Assembly: GCA_963769885.1 (NCBI GenBank) | Contig: CAVYNH010000007.1 | Location: 256,001 to 320,000 of the forward strand | Length of the DNA stretch: 64,000 bases | From: Methanobacteriota archaeon | Lineage (GTDB): Archaea; Thermoplasmatota; E2; DHVEG-1 | Reading direction: 5' to 3' | In this document: positions 1 to 9,370 of the stretch, in pieces | Position numbering within the stretch: position 1 is the first letter of the stretch | Layout of the letters: each line of letters opens with the position of its first letter | Translations under genes and position numbers: made by a program | Notes under the pieces: model-generated | Databases searched by the model: none | What the model was told of the DNA's origin: nothing | The model's input: only the letters and a program-made list of their open reading frames with translations

Positions 1-489
1 AATCGGCATGCGGACCTGCTCGAGGCGGTCTTCGCCTCCATGTTCAAGAACACGCGTGACACCTGGGCGTTCGTGACCGCCAGTAAGACCTACGACTTCA
101 TCAAGAAGGAGTACAAAGAGTTGGACGAGTTCACCAACATCCGGTTCATCGATTGCATCTCCCGAGCTGCCGGCGTCGGCGGCAAGCATGACAACTGCAT
201 CTACGTGGACAGCCCCTGTATGCTTGAGCGTATCATTCTTGAGCTGCTGAACAGCTTCCGTGGCCTCAAAGGAGATATCGAGAAATTCATCATCATCGAT
301 TCCCTCAGCGCGCTTATGATCTACAACGACGCGGAGATCATCCGCGAGTTCATCGCCCTGCTCATGAACCGCGCGCGCTCAGAGAACATCCATGTGATCT
401 CAATCCTGGTCGAGGAAGAGATGGACTCCAACAAGCTCATCCAGATGAACGATAAAATCATCGTGTTACGGGATTCCTTCATCGACTAG
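1..489 (+). CDS. KaiC/RAD55-like (RecA-fold) protein, probably inactive; 5'-truncated by window edge
   Basis: Frame is open from base 1 (NRHADLLEAVFASMFKN...). Contains FIDCIS and IIIDSLSAL (Walker B-like) motifs and a C-terminal 'MNDKII', typical of archaeal KaiC-like small domains. Confidence 0.65.
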   Translation, partial: NRHADLLEAVFASMFKNTRDTWAFVTASKTYDFIKKEYKELDEFTNIRFIDCISRAAGVGGKHDNCIYVDSPCMLERIILELLNSFRGLKGDIEKFIIIDSLSALMIYNDAEIIREFIALLMNRARSENIHVISILVEEEMDSNKLIQMNDKIIVLRDSFID

Positions 490-501
490 AGGAGGGGTAT
501 T

Positions 502-1068
502 ATGAAGGAACCGACAACCACGATGAAACGCCCTCTGCCCTCATGGGAATCATTACCGGATAATGCCTCAGGGCTGCAGTCCTGGCGGGACTCGGCCTTC
601 GCCGCGGCGATGGCGAAGTTCCAGGCCAGCCACGGCAACGCCGAGGCCGTCCTGCAAACCGGGGAGGCCTTCGGCCGCGCAATCTTCAGCAACCACCTTG
701 CGGACACGACAGACCGGGACCTGGAACAGTGGTGCGCTGAGGTTTCCAACCTGCTCGCCCCCCTCGGCGACTCCTTCGCGCTGACCAGCGCCCGCCATGA
801 CGTCGTCGCGACCTTCCTGCGGCGCAATCCCTTAACCCATCATCGTTTGGACCGGCCGCTGGAGTCGTTGTTCACCTATGGGACCCTGCGCGGGCTGTTC
901 CTCAGTGCGTTCCCCGAAGGAGAGCTCGTGGTCGCCCCCTCCTCGCCGTCCGGGGACGACTCCCCCGGCAGCCTGATGTTCAAGCTTCATCCGTCCAGCC
1001 TTGACCGCCTCGCCCGGGAACGAGTGAAGGATGCGTATTCTGTGATGAATCGCCATGACACCCCCTGA
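502..1068 (+). CDS. Hypothetical protein, possibly a degenerate V4R/MetOD-like domain
   Basis: GGAGG RBS upstream; lies between two KaiC-like genes. 'GEAFGRAIF...LAPLGD...RRNPL...GTLRG' loosely fits the V4R pattern but lacks the Cys residues. Confidence 0.5.
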   Translation: MKEPTTTMKRPLPSWESLPDNASGLQSWRDSAFAAAMAKFQASHGNAEAVLQTGEAFGRAIFSNHLADTTDRDLEQWCAEVSNLLAPLGDSFALTSARHDVVATFLRRNPLTHHRLDRPLESLFTYGTLRGLFLSAFPEGELVVAPSSPSGDDSPGSLMFKLHPSSLDRLARERVKDAYSVMNRHDTP

Positions 1069-1873
1069 GACAATGACAGCATCGTTTGTCGACCCTCGGT
1101 CCACTCAGAAACGGGAAGGGTTCATCAGTACCGGGATCGACAAGCTCGACCGCCTCTTGGAAGGGGGCCTGCCCGCGGGGTTCACGACGGTCATGCTCGG
1201 CGCGCCAGGCAGCAGCACCGAGATCCTCGTCAAGCAGATCGCCGCCACCGGGTATTCAACCTATATCACCACGGAGGAGACAAAGGACGAGATCCTGGAC
1301 ACGATGAAGCGGTTCAAGTGGCAGGTAACCGATATCGACTTCGTGGACATCTCCGAGAAGTACTACTCCAACGTCCTGCGCGGGGAGCAGAAGCGGGTCA
1401 GCATCTACGAGCAGCGGTCCAAGATGAAGCTCAAGGAGCTCATCGAACTCGGCTCCACAGCGATGCCGACGACGGTCACCGGCGATGAGGACTTCCTCGC
1501 AGTACTCTCCAACAAGGCGAAGAGTGGGTCACCGAACCAGAAGATCATCATCAACTCCCTGGATTTCTTCCTCAGCCAGTACGGCCAGGAGGATGTCCTG
1601 CGCACGATCTACGCCTCGAAGGTCAACAACCTCAAGAACAAGGGGGCGTTAATCATCATCATGACCAAGGGCATCCATGGGGAGCTGTTCGAACGGAAGA
1701 TGGAGGGCCTGGCGGACTGCGTCCTGGAGCTCAACGTCATCCAGAAAGGATCCTCCTTCGAACGGTACCTATCCGTCAAGAAGATGCGCAACTACGCCAA
1801 GAAGATCGGTATCGCGCGTTACGTCATTGACGACAGTGGCTTCGTCCTCGAGATGATCGAACGGATTATGTAA
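1055..1873 (+). CDS. KaiC/RAD55-family RecA-like ATPase with degenerate Walker A
   Basis: STGIDKLDRLLEGGLP motif, P-loop GAPGSSTE (no GKT), YITTEE, 'ADCVLEL...RYLSVKKMR'. Start may be ATG 1073. Confidence 0.85.
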   Translation: MTPPETMTASFVDPRSTQKREGFISTGIDKLDRLLEGGLPAGFTTVMLGAPGSSTEILVKQIAATGYSTYITTEETKDEILDTMKRFKWQVTDIDFVDISEKYYSNVLRGEQKRVSIYEQRSKMKLKELIELGSTAMPTTVTGDEDFLAVLSNKAKSGSPNQKIIINSLDFFLSQYGQEDVLRTIYASKVNNLKNKGALIIIMTKGIHGELFERKMEGLADCVLELNVIQKGSSFERYLSVKKMRNYAKKIGIARYVIDDSGFVLEMIERIM

Positions 1874-1932
1874 TCAAGGCATGATCACAAGTCTTTTCTA
1901 AGAAAAAGAAAAAAAGGGAAAAAGAGGGGGGC

Positions 1933-3544
1933 TTAAATTTTCACGTAGAAGAAGATGACCTTCCCCGTGAAAGTCTTGGAGTCAGAGACACCCTGGTCAC
2001 AGCTTGCTGTCATCTCGATGCTGATTGTACCTAATCCCAAAAAGATGCCGGATTTGAATGTCTCATTGCTGCCGACGGCAACTGCCGAGAAGTTGAACGG
2101 CTTCGAGATATTAATCCTGTGCAGGATGCCACCGGTTACCTTGAGCGTGCCGGCGACGTTGGTTGCCTCGGCCTGCCCATCATTGGTCACGGCTCCAGTT
2201 AACCCCATTCCGCCACTTACAAGGCTCAGTGTCAGGTGCGGCAGCAGCGGTGGAGGCGCTCCGTAGTAGTCGTAGTAGAGATCCTGGTCCGTCCCCCTGG
2301 TGTCGCTCCAGATGATGTCAGGGACCTTGATATCGGACTCGTGCCAGTCATCGACCACAGTGCCAGCGTTGTCGTTGATCTGAATCGGTGCGTCCCAAGT
2401 AGCCCCAGAGTCGTTGGAGATGGTGAGCCAGAGATCCCCACCCTTCACATAGGTACAGTAGACCGTGTCGCCGACCATAGAGACGCGGGGTGAGACTTCA
2501 TCAGAACTCGTGCCTGCGACCGTGATATCATGAACCCAGTTCACACCGTTGTTCGTGGTATAGCTGCATTTGAGGTCCTGGTTGCCGGCAACATCAGTCT
2601 GGTACACGACGATGGCATTGGTCCCGCTCGCGCCCACGGCCGGGTTGATGCAGTTTGCCGAGTACCGGAGTCTCCCACATGCCCCACTGGGTCTTCCACA
2701 GCTCCATGTCGGGCTGGGCTACGGCATCGCCCCAACGGACGTTGATGATATGCTTTCCAACCGTGAAGTTCTCATATTGGAAGGCGAAGAAGAACAGGGT
2801 GTTGGTGGCGGCGATGTCGGTGTATTGAGCCGGGGTGCCGTTCCAACTACTGTCCCAGGTGAACGTGTATCCTGTGGGATCTCCGTTGTGGGTGACTACC
2901 GCGGCAGAGGGGACGCTGTACGGTGGATACACAATGTCGCAGGTATAGGTGAACGCGACGATGGTGCGGTCGGTCTTGTAGGTGGCGATTCCGCCGCAGT
3001 CATGGTTAGCGACCTGCTGAGTCGAGGGAGTGAATAAGGACCATGTCCAGGCCGTCGGGTCGATAGTCGGGTCTTGTCCTTGGAGAAGATATTGGGTGTC
3101 TTGTCCTTCGTCGATGAAGGCTACCCAGAGCATACCATCAGAATCTACGGTGGCAACGGGCGTGGTCTGGCTTCCATCGACATTCATATACCAGGGGGCT
3201 GACCAGGTTTGTCCTTCGTCCGTGGAATTTCTCATGTAGACTTGTGGATCGACGCCGTCATCGAAGATATAGAAAATCCAGATGGTCCCATCTTGGTCTC
3301 TGACGATAGCGGGCGTCTTTTCAATACCGACTTCTCCAGAGGCGAGGACGTCGGTGCCTCGTCCTAGTGGCGTGGCAGAGGTGTCTTTTTGGAAGTGAAT
3401 GGACGCTGGGTGCGTACCGGCTGGTGTCGTGCTCGTGGTTGCTTTGGTCGTAAAAGCTGCCGAGCTTGGCATGAGGAAGGCCAAGGCGACAGCCATTACT
3501 ATGGCTACCTTTATAAAGGTGGTTTTATAAGGTACAGTTTTCAT
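1933..3544 (-). pseudogene. Secreted Asp-box/BNR (sialidase-like propeller) protein, split by a frameshift near 2666
   Basis: ORF 2594-3544 has a signal peptide and STDEGQTW. ORF 1933-2637 has TTNNGVNW and SNDSGATW. The two join as MWETP|YSANCINPAVGASG after a 1-nt frame change. Could be a sequencing error. Confidence 0.7.
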
Positions 3545-3668
3545 AGAACTTCCCCATCATCTATTTTCATTCACCCTATTTAAATATTTCGTGGTTTTAT
3601 TAAAATTAGGTGTTCTGTCCGTTCCAGGAGAAGAAAAAAAGAGAAAAAGGAGGGGGAGGAGACCCCTC

Positions 3669-5159
3669 TTAGATGGTCACTTTTGAGAAGAAGATCTTCG
3701 CGGTCACGTTCGCGCCCGCGGTCTTGTTCTCATTGCACGTCACCGTCAGGGTGATGACTGGTTTTGGCTTGATGATACCAAGGCCAATGCCCATGACGGC
3801 GAACGTCTGGGTGTAGTTGCCGCCGGCAGCGATGATGCCCGGTGTCCCAGGGAATTCCCGCTGTTTCATGAACAGGCCGCCGGTGATGTTCGCGTTGAAG
3901 GTCACGCCTGTGGCAGCGCCGTCACCGATGTTGTTGATCTGGATGGTGAAGCCCTTGCCGCCGCTGATGCTTGCGGTCAGGATAGGCTCCGGAGTGGTGG
4001 TGCCGGGGATGTGCTTATACATGCCGCCCGTGATGCCTCCCGAGTCGGGGTACGCGCCGGCGAAGGCGATCTTGCCTTCCACGGCGTCGAGTGCCATCAT
4101 TTGAATGCTGAGGACCTCGGGGTAGTCGGTCCAGGTCGCGCCGCCGTCCATACTGTAGGAGGCGCCATAGAGGGCTTGGTAGTTCGCGCCGGTGCTGATA
4201 TACATATTCGTGGTCCCGGGGCAGTAGGCGACGTCGTAGTCGTAAGCAGTGCCCGTGTGGGTCAGCGCGGTCCAGTTGTGGCCGCCATCGCTAGTCGCAT
4301 AGAGTGAGAGGTCGCCGGTGCCTTCGTCATGCCCGGCCATGCCGTGTTGGGAGTCGCGGAAGGCGATAACGTTGACGCCGCCGTTCGTACCACCAGAGCT
4401 GCAGCCGGAGTAGCTGCCGAAGTAGGTGTGGCCGCGGTCGTTGGAGATGAAGACATTGCCCATATTAGAGCCGAAGATGACGGTGTTGCCGATGACGTCC
4501 ACGACACCGGTCCAGCCGCCTTCACTGCTACCAGCGGCGACGCCGGTGTAGTTCGCCTGCGGGACACGGGTCCAGTTGGTGCCGCCGTTCGAGGTGAAGT
4601 AGTCTTCGAAGTACCCATCCTTGGTGTCACCGAGAGCGACGCCATGGTTCTCATCCCAGAAGATGACGTTGTTACAGAAGGAGATGGGTTCGTTTCCAAG
4701 CTGGGTCCAGGTGAGGCCGCCGTTCGAGGTCTTCCAGGGACCGCAGGTCACATCTTGGCTGCTGGCATGGTTGTAGACCGCCGCGTAGGCGACAGTGCCG
4801 CTCAGGGCGCAGATGTTGCCGCACCCATGTTCGAGGTCGTCGATTCCTCGGACATACCCGGTTGTCCAGAGAGCACCGCCGTTGGTCGTCATGGTGAACT
4901 GGGTCGTGGGCGTATCTGATCCGCTGCCGTCTCGAGCGACGGCCCAGGCGGTATCGTTATCGACCGCGTCCAGGAACCGGACTCCTTGGCTTGTGCCAAG
5001 ATTGGAGTCCTGTTTGTACCATTCACCCTTACCGAGATTCGCGTTCGTTTGAACGGCGACGTTTGAGTGGGTAACGACTGCGCTGCCTGGCAGGATAAAG
5101 GCCAGGGTGATAGCGCAGACTATGGCTGCCTGTATTAATGTCCTTGTTTTTTTGGTCAT
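3669..5159 (-). CDS. Secreted YCF48-like/Asp-box beta-propeller protein with C-terminal Ig-like domain
   Basis: Signal peptide from ATG 5159; repeated T-x-[ND]-G-G-x-[TN]-W boxes; C-terminal domain similar to that of the neighbouring gene. Confidence 0.8.
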   Translation of the reverse strand: MTKKTRTLIQAAIVCAITLAFILPGSAVVTHSNVAVQTNANLGKGEWYKQDSNLGTSQGVRFLDAVDNDTAWAVARDGSGSDTPTTQFTMTTNGGALWTTGYVRGIDDLEHGCGNICALSGTVAYAAVYNHASSQDVTCGPWKTSNGGLTWTQLGNEPISFCNNVIFWDENHGVALGDTKDGYFEDYFTSNGGTNWTRVPQANYTGVAAGSSEGGWTGVVDVIGNTVIFGSNMGNVFISNDRGHTYFGSYSGCSSGGTNGGVNVIAFRDSQHGMAGHDEGTGDLSLYATSDGGHNWTALTHTGTAYDYDVAYCPGTTNMYISTGANYQALYGASYSMDGGATWTDYPEVLSIQMMALDAVEGKIAFAGAYPDSGGITGGMYKHIPGTTTPEPILTASISGGKGFTIQINNIGDGAATGVTFNANITGGLFMKQREFPGTPGIIAAGGNYTQTFAVMGIGLGIIKPKPVITLTVTCNENKTAGANVTAKIFFSKVTI

Positions 5160-5262
5160 AGAATTATTTCCCCAGGTATTCAATATAAGAGTCAGATTAT
5201 TTAAATTTAACCAAACCGGGAGGGGGCAGGGGTTTACCACATAAAATTAATTTCTATACACA

Positions 5263-5272
5263 TATTTATTAA
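5263..5272 (+). promoter_or_regulatory. Probable TATA box of radA
   Basis: TATTTATTAA about 35-40 nt upstream of the ATG, with GGAGG RBS at about 5297. Confidence 0.45.
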
Positions 5273-5306
5273 GAGCCTGTCTATTTCCTGGTCCCTGGAG
5301 GTTTAT

Positions 5307-6266
5307 ATGGGAAAAGAGAAGCAGCCTGAGTCGCCGATACAAGGTCTTCCTGGTGTTGGCCCTGCCATCGCGGAAAAGCTAGTCGAAGCCGGGTTTTCAG
5401 ATATGATGACCATCGCGGTCTCGTCCCCCAAAGAGCTGGCGGACGTCGCGGAGATCGGGGAGGCTACAGCTACCAAGATCATCCAGGCCGCGCGAAAGCA
5501 GGCCGACATCGGCAGTTTTGAAACCGGCGTCGCCCTGCTCGAACGTCGGTCGCGCATCGGCTGCATTACCACCGGATCCAAATCATTCAACGAACTCATG
5601 GGCGGCAAGGGATTCGAAACTCAGGCGATCACCGAGTTGTTCGGCGAGTTCGGCTCAGGGAAGACGCAGCTGGCGCTCCAGCTCTGCCTGAACGTGCAAC
5701 TTCCGCCAGAGAAGGGCGGCTTGGACAGCCAAGTCTTCTTCATTGATACCGAGAACACGTTCCGACCGGACCGGATCACCCAGATGGCAGAGGGCCTGGA
5801 GATGGACCCCTCGGAGGCCCTGCAGCGAATCCATGTCGCCCGAGCGTATAACTCCAGCCATCAGATGCTGCTCGTAGAGAAGGTCAAGGAGCTGTCCAAG
5901 GAGTATCCCGCGCGGCTCCTCATCGTCGACTCGCTCACCTCGCATTTCCGCGCGGAGTACGTGGGACGGGGGGCACTGGCGGACCGGCAGCAGAAGCTCA
6001 ATAGGCACATGCATGATCTCCTCAGGTGGGGGGACATCAACAACGGCGCAGTTGTCGTCACCAACCAGGTCGCGGCGAAGCCAGACGCGTTCTTCGGGGA
6101 CCCGACCCGACCCATCGGCGGCCACATCGTCGGTCACACCGCGACGTTCCGTTTGTACCTGCGGAAGAGCAAGGGTAATAAGCGCATCGCCCGGCTCATC
6201 GACTCCCCGCATCTGCCGGAGGGCGAAGCCGTCTTCTCCGTCAACCAAACCGGAATCGGGGATTAA
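5307..6266 (+). CDS. radA: DNA repair and recombination protein RadA
   Basis: N-terminal HhH (LPGVGP), [55 protein letters not shown]. Confidence 0.98.
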   Translation: MGKEKQPESPIQGLPGVGPAIAEKLVEAGFSDMMTIAVSSPKELADVAEIGEATATKIIQAARKQADIGSFETGVALLERRSRIGCITTGSKSFNELMGGKGFETQAITELFGEFGSGKTQLALQLCLNVQLPPEKGGLDSQVFFIDTENTFRPDRITQMAEGLEMDPSEALQRIHVARAYNSSHQMLLVEKVKELSKEYPARLLIVDSLTSHFRAEYVGRGALADRQQKLNRHMHDLLRWGDINNGAVVVTNQVAAKPDAFFGDPTRPIGGHIVGHTATFRLYLRKSKGNKRIARLIDSPHLPEGEAVFSVNQTGIGD

Positions 6267-6313
6267 CACCCTCTTTTTCCTTTTATAAAAAACAGGGACG
6301 TAGGCCAATGGGC

Positions 6314-7075
6314 CTACGCCTTCTCATCATAGCCATTGACCGTGGCGCAGGCGACCCCGGGGCGTGCTGGAGACGGCATCTTCCTAGTTTTCATGATGAC
6401 TCTTTTCGCGAGGGCGGAGGTGAGGAACACGCAGCCGACGCCTGCGAGAAACGCGGGGTCGACTAACACGGCCTTCTGACCAAGGAAGATGAGGGCGGCA
6501 ACCGTAAACGCAAGCCCACCCATGAGAATGCCGCTGACCTCAAGGGGCAACTCGAAGCGCCCCAGCCGCATCATCATCGGACGACCCAACCGCTGTTCAA
6601 CCTTGTCCAAGCGTTCCGTGACAGAGGTCGCAAGCTGCGTTGAATCCGTTTTCACTGCCTCGTGAAGCGCCGCAGTCTCCGTCATCGATTTTTCGACAGC
6701 GGTGAGGCGGTCTGCGGTCGAGCCGAGCCTGACGCCATGGTCTTGGACGGATGTCTGCAAGAGGGTGAGCTCCTGGTCAAGGACCCGGGCCCATGCCTTC
6801 ACATTCATGGCATGGTTCTTTCGTCCCTCTCCGAGAAGTCGCTGCACGGGCCCGCCCGTCTCCTCCCTCATTTCAGGGCCGGAGAGTGGCGCGACGAGAG
6901 ACAGCCTTGTTTCGACGACGGCCAATCGCCCGCTGATGCTCGCAATCATCTGTTCGTTCTTCTGCATCCAGCTATGAAGCGCGGTGATGCTTTCCTGTGG
7001 CGGCTCAACAGCCTTCTGGCTTTGAGACGGGTGGGGGAATATCCTCATCGCCTTTCCCTTCCTAAAAAATCTCAT
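6314..7075 (-). CDS. Coiled-coil membrane protein (two C-terminal TM helices)
   Basis: Heptad-rich N-terminal region and two hydrophobic segments; starts 3 nt after the pilin-like gene, so likely co-transcribed. Confidence 0.6.
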   Translation of the reverse strand: MRFFRKGKAMRIFPHPSQSQKAVEPPQESITALHSWMQKNEQMIASISGRLAVVETRLSLVAPLSGPEMREETGGPVQRLLGEGRKNHAMNVKAWARVLDQELTLLQTSVQDHGVRLGSTADRLTAVEKSMTETAALHEAVKTDSTQLATSVTERLDKVEQRLGRPMMMRLGRFELPLEVSGILMGGLAFTVAALIFLGQKAVLVDPAFLAGVGCVFLTSALAKRVIMKTRKMPSPARPGVACATVNGYDEKA

Positions 7076-7078
7076 TGG

Positions 7079-7546
7079 CTAACCCAGGCGGATGACGGTG
7101 GCGGCCTCAGGGTCGGTATAATCGTTGTATCCGGCGGCTTTCACTGTTAGTGTCATGTGCGCCTCATTAATGTTGGCGTCGAGGCGTGGCTTGATGCCTG
7201 TGATCTTGGCGGAGCCGTTGGCCAGGGTCTTGGCTTGGCCGGCGACGTTCGCCCCGACCAAGGTAACGGTCGCCCCATAGATTGGATCACTCCGCTCATT
7301 ATTGGTCGTCACCCGGACCCAGATGGTATATGTCTTGGAGAAATTGAAGTCACCACCCCCGGATGCGGTTTCGGCGAGCAGGGCATTGGCGGTGACTTGC
7401 GCCGTCATGGTCCGAGTCCCTTTGGGGATCATGTAGATGACGGAGGCGATTACGGCGACTGCGACGATCATGATGATTATTAGATACATCGGGATCCCGA
7501 GGATGTCTCCGGCCTCATTCGTTTTCAAATTCCTTCGTACTATCAT
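7079..7546 (-). CDS. Archaeal type IV pilin-like protein (class III signal peptide)
   Basis: GGAGG RBS; MIVRRNLKTNEAG|DILGIPMYLIIIMIVAVAVIASVI (basic N-terminus, G cleavage site, hydrophobic helix) followed by a beta-rich domain. Confidence 0.65.
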   Translation of the reverse strand: MIVRRNLKTNEAGDILGIPMYLIIIMIVAVAVIASVIYMIPKGTRTMTAQVTANALLAETASGGGDFNFSKTYTIWVRVTTNNERSDPIYGATVTLVGANVAGQAKTLANGSAKITGIKPRLDANINEAHMTLTVKAAGYNDYTDPEAATVIRLG

Positions 7547-7663
7547 TTGGTTTACCTCCCAAACTTTGATTTTAAAAATAATATACAATTTTGTTTTTAA
7601 TAGTTAACTATACCTATTTATAGTTGAGAGGGGAACAAGAAAAAAAGGGGGGTCAATTGAATT

Positions 7664-8446
7664 CTATTTCAGTGATTTGAGGATGACCTCTGCCGCACGT
7701 TTTCCGGAGAGGAGCATGCCACCGAAAATCGGACCCATGCGTGGTGCCCCATAAACGGCGTTGGCGCCCATGCCAGCGACGATCAAGCCGGGGTAGACTT
7801 CCTTTGTGTTCTCCACCACCGTCCTCTCCCCAATCGCGGCACACATGGATCGTTCCTTTTCGATATCGCCGCTGGGGGTGTTCAGCGGTCCGACCTTGTT
7901 GCGCACGATATGGCAGATTTCGACCGCATGACCGGTGGCGTCGATGCAATACTTGGCGCGAATCGCTAGGGGATCCACGTGCAGTCCGGCGATCTCCACG
8001 GCGCTCCAGTTGATGACGAAGCCATTGACGCGCCTACCGTCCAAGAGGACATCCTCAACGGAGATGGCGTTGAAGATCCGTGCACCGGCATCAATTGCAG
8101 CGGCGCACAATTTAGCGACGACTTCGATAGAGTCAGCGCTGTAGTACCCCTTGCCTTCATCGGTAATCTTGACGCCCGCCTGCTTCAAGATTTCAGTTGA
8201 TTCTTTTTGGATGACGATGACGGGGAAGGTCATGCCTCCGCCCCAGACGCCACCGCCGACGGAGAGTCTGCGTTCGAAGACCACGACCTTCTTGCCCGCC
8301 TCGGCGAGACACCGAGCGGCAGTCAGGCCAGCGGGCCCGGCGCCAGCGATTGCCACGTCGACATCAAAGTGACCTAGAAACTCTTTGCTGAACCGTGAAA
8401 AGATACAGCGTGAGACCGCGATGTCATCAATTGTGATACGAGACAC
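7664..8446 (-). CDS. thi4: Sulfide-dependent adenosine diphosphate thiazole synthase (non-Cys Thi4)
   Basis: GAGPAG, GGGVWGGG, LHVDP (His in place of Cys), DATGH, PRMGPIFGGMLLSG. Probable GTG start at 8446. Confidence 0.95.
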   Translation of the reverse strand: MSRITIDDIAVSRCIFSRFSKEFLGHFDVDVAIAGAGPAGLTAARCLAEAGKKVVVFERRLSVGGGVWGGGMTFPVIVIQKESTEILKQAGVKITDEGKGYYSADSIEVVAKLCAAAIDAGARIFNAISVEDVLLDGRRVNGFVINWSAVEIAGLHVDPLAIRAKYCIDATGHAVEICHIVRNKVGPLNTPSGDIEKERSMCAAIGERTVVENTKEVYPGLIVAGMGANAVYGAPRMGPIFGGMLLSGKRAAEVILKSLK

Positions 8447-8526
8447 CTCTTGGCTGGCCGTAAGCCTCCCGCAATTCTTAAACATGCCGCTATAGGTTTA
8501 TACGATAGGATGCATTGGGGGGCTTC

Positions 8527-8997
8527 GTGGTCAGGATTCGTCACGCCCAGGCGGAGGATATCGTTACCATCACGCAGCTGGCCTACACTCTCTTGCCTGA
8601 GCGGTATTCCACAGGCGTCTTCACCTCGCTATTCGAGCGGTTTCCTGATGGGCTGCTGGTGGCGGAGGAGGGATCCGTCATCGTCGGGTTTCTCATCGGC
8701 GTCATTCCGGTCGAGGCATCGGCCCGGGTCCTGATGCTCGGCGTCCTCCCGGATTTCCGACGTCGTGGAGTCGGCGGCAGTCTGCTGCATGCGTTTGAGG
8801 CCGCGATGAACCCGCATCATGTTTCCTCGATCCACCTCGAGGTTTTGACCACAAACGAAGCCGCAATCATGTTTTATAAGAAAAACGGGTTCGAAATCCA
8901 GGAACGCATGAGGAATTTCTATGTGACCGGCGAGGACGCGTTCATGATGCGTAAGCCGGTTATTGCTTCGCCTGCTCGCGTTCCTTTTCCGTCATAA
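8527..8997 (+). CDS. RimI/Ard1-type GNAT N-acetyltransferase
   Basis: V.PDFRRRGVG acetyl-CoA motif, LEV..TNEAAIMFYKKNGF, FY.TGEDAF.M. Confidence 0.9.
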   Translation: MVRIRHAQAEDIVTITQLAYTLLPERYSTGVFTSLFERFPDGLLVAEEGSVIVGFLIGVIPVEASARVLMLGVLPDFRRRGVGGSLLHAFEAAMNPHHVSSIHLEVLTTNEAAIMFYKKNGFEIQERMRNFYVTGEDAFMMRKPVIASPARVPFPS

Positions 8998-9271
8998 ACC
9001 GCAGTGCCATCTGGTCCAGGCGGGTCGCGATCTTCTCCAGGCTAGGGTCCTTGGTGTTGTCGGAGATGAGTCCGGCGATGTCCTTGCTGAGGGTGAAGAC
9101 CGCCAGCTTGTGCTCGCGCTTGGATTTATGGATTTGATAAGGAGTGATCATGAGCTTGGCGTAGCTGCTCTCGTGGCCGTTGTTGTGGTTGTTCTTCTCG
9201 TACATCTGTTCGAGCTGGGAATGGATTTGATAGAGAAAAGTATGAAGTTGAATGAGCTCGTCCTTCTGCAT
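8960..9271 (-). CDS. UPF0058 family protein
   Basis: MQKDELIQLH...YAKLMITPYQIHKSKREHKLAVF matches the archaeal UPF0058 pattern; upstream of dnaG-linked region. Confidence 0.85.
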   Translation of the reverse strand: MQKDELIQLHTFLYQIHSQLEQMYEKNNHNNGHESSYAKLMITPYQIHKSKREHKLAVFTLSKDIAGLISDNTKDPSLEKIATRLDQMALRFMTEKEREQAKQ

Positions 9272-9370
9272 TGGTCGCCCTTCCCGATAGTGCATGGGTT
9301 AGTCTGTTTTTATATCTTTTCACGAGCTCAACACGTTGGGCGTTTCGTTGAGGGTTCGTCGTCGGCGCGT

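Noticed and set aside
8446-8527. TPP riboswitch upstream of thi4
   Set aside because: The divergent intergenic region is only about 80 nt and lacks the CTGAGA core.
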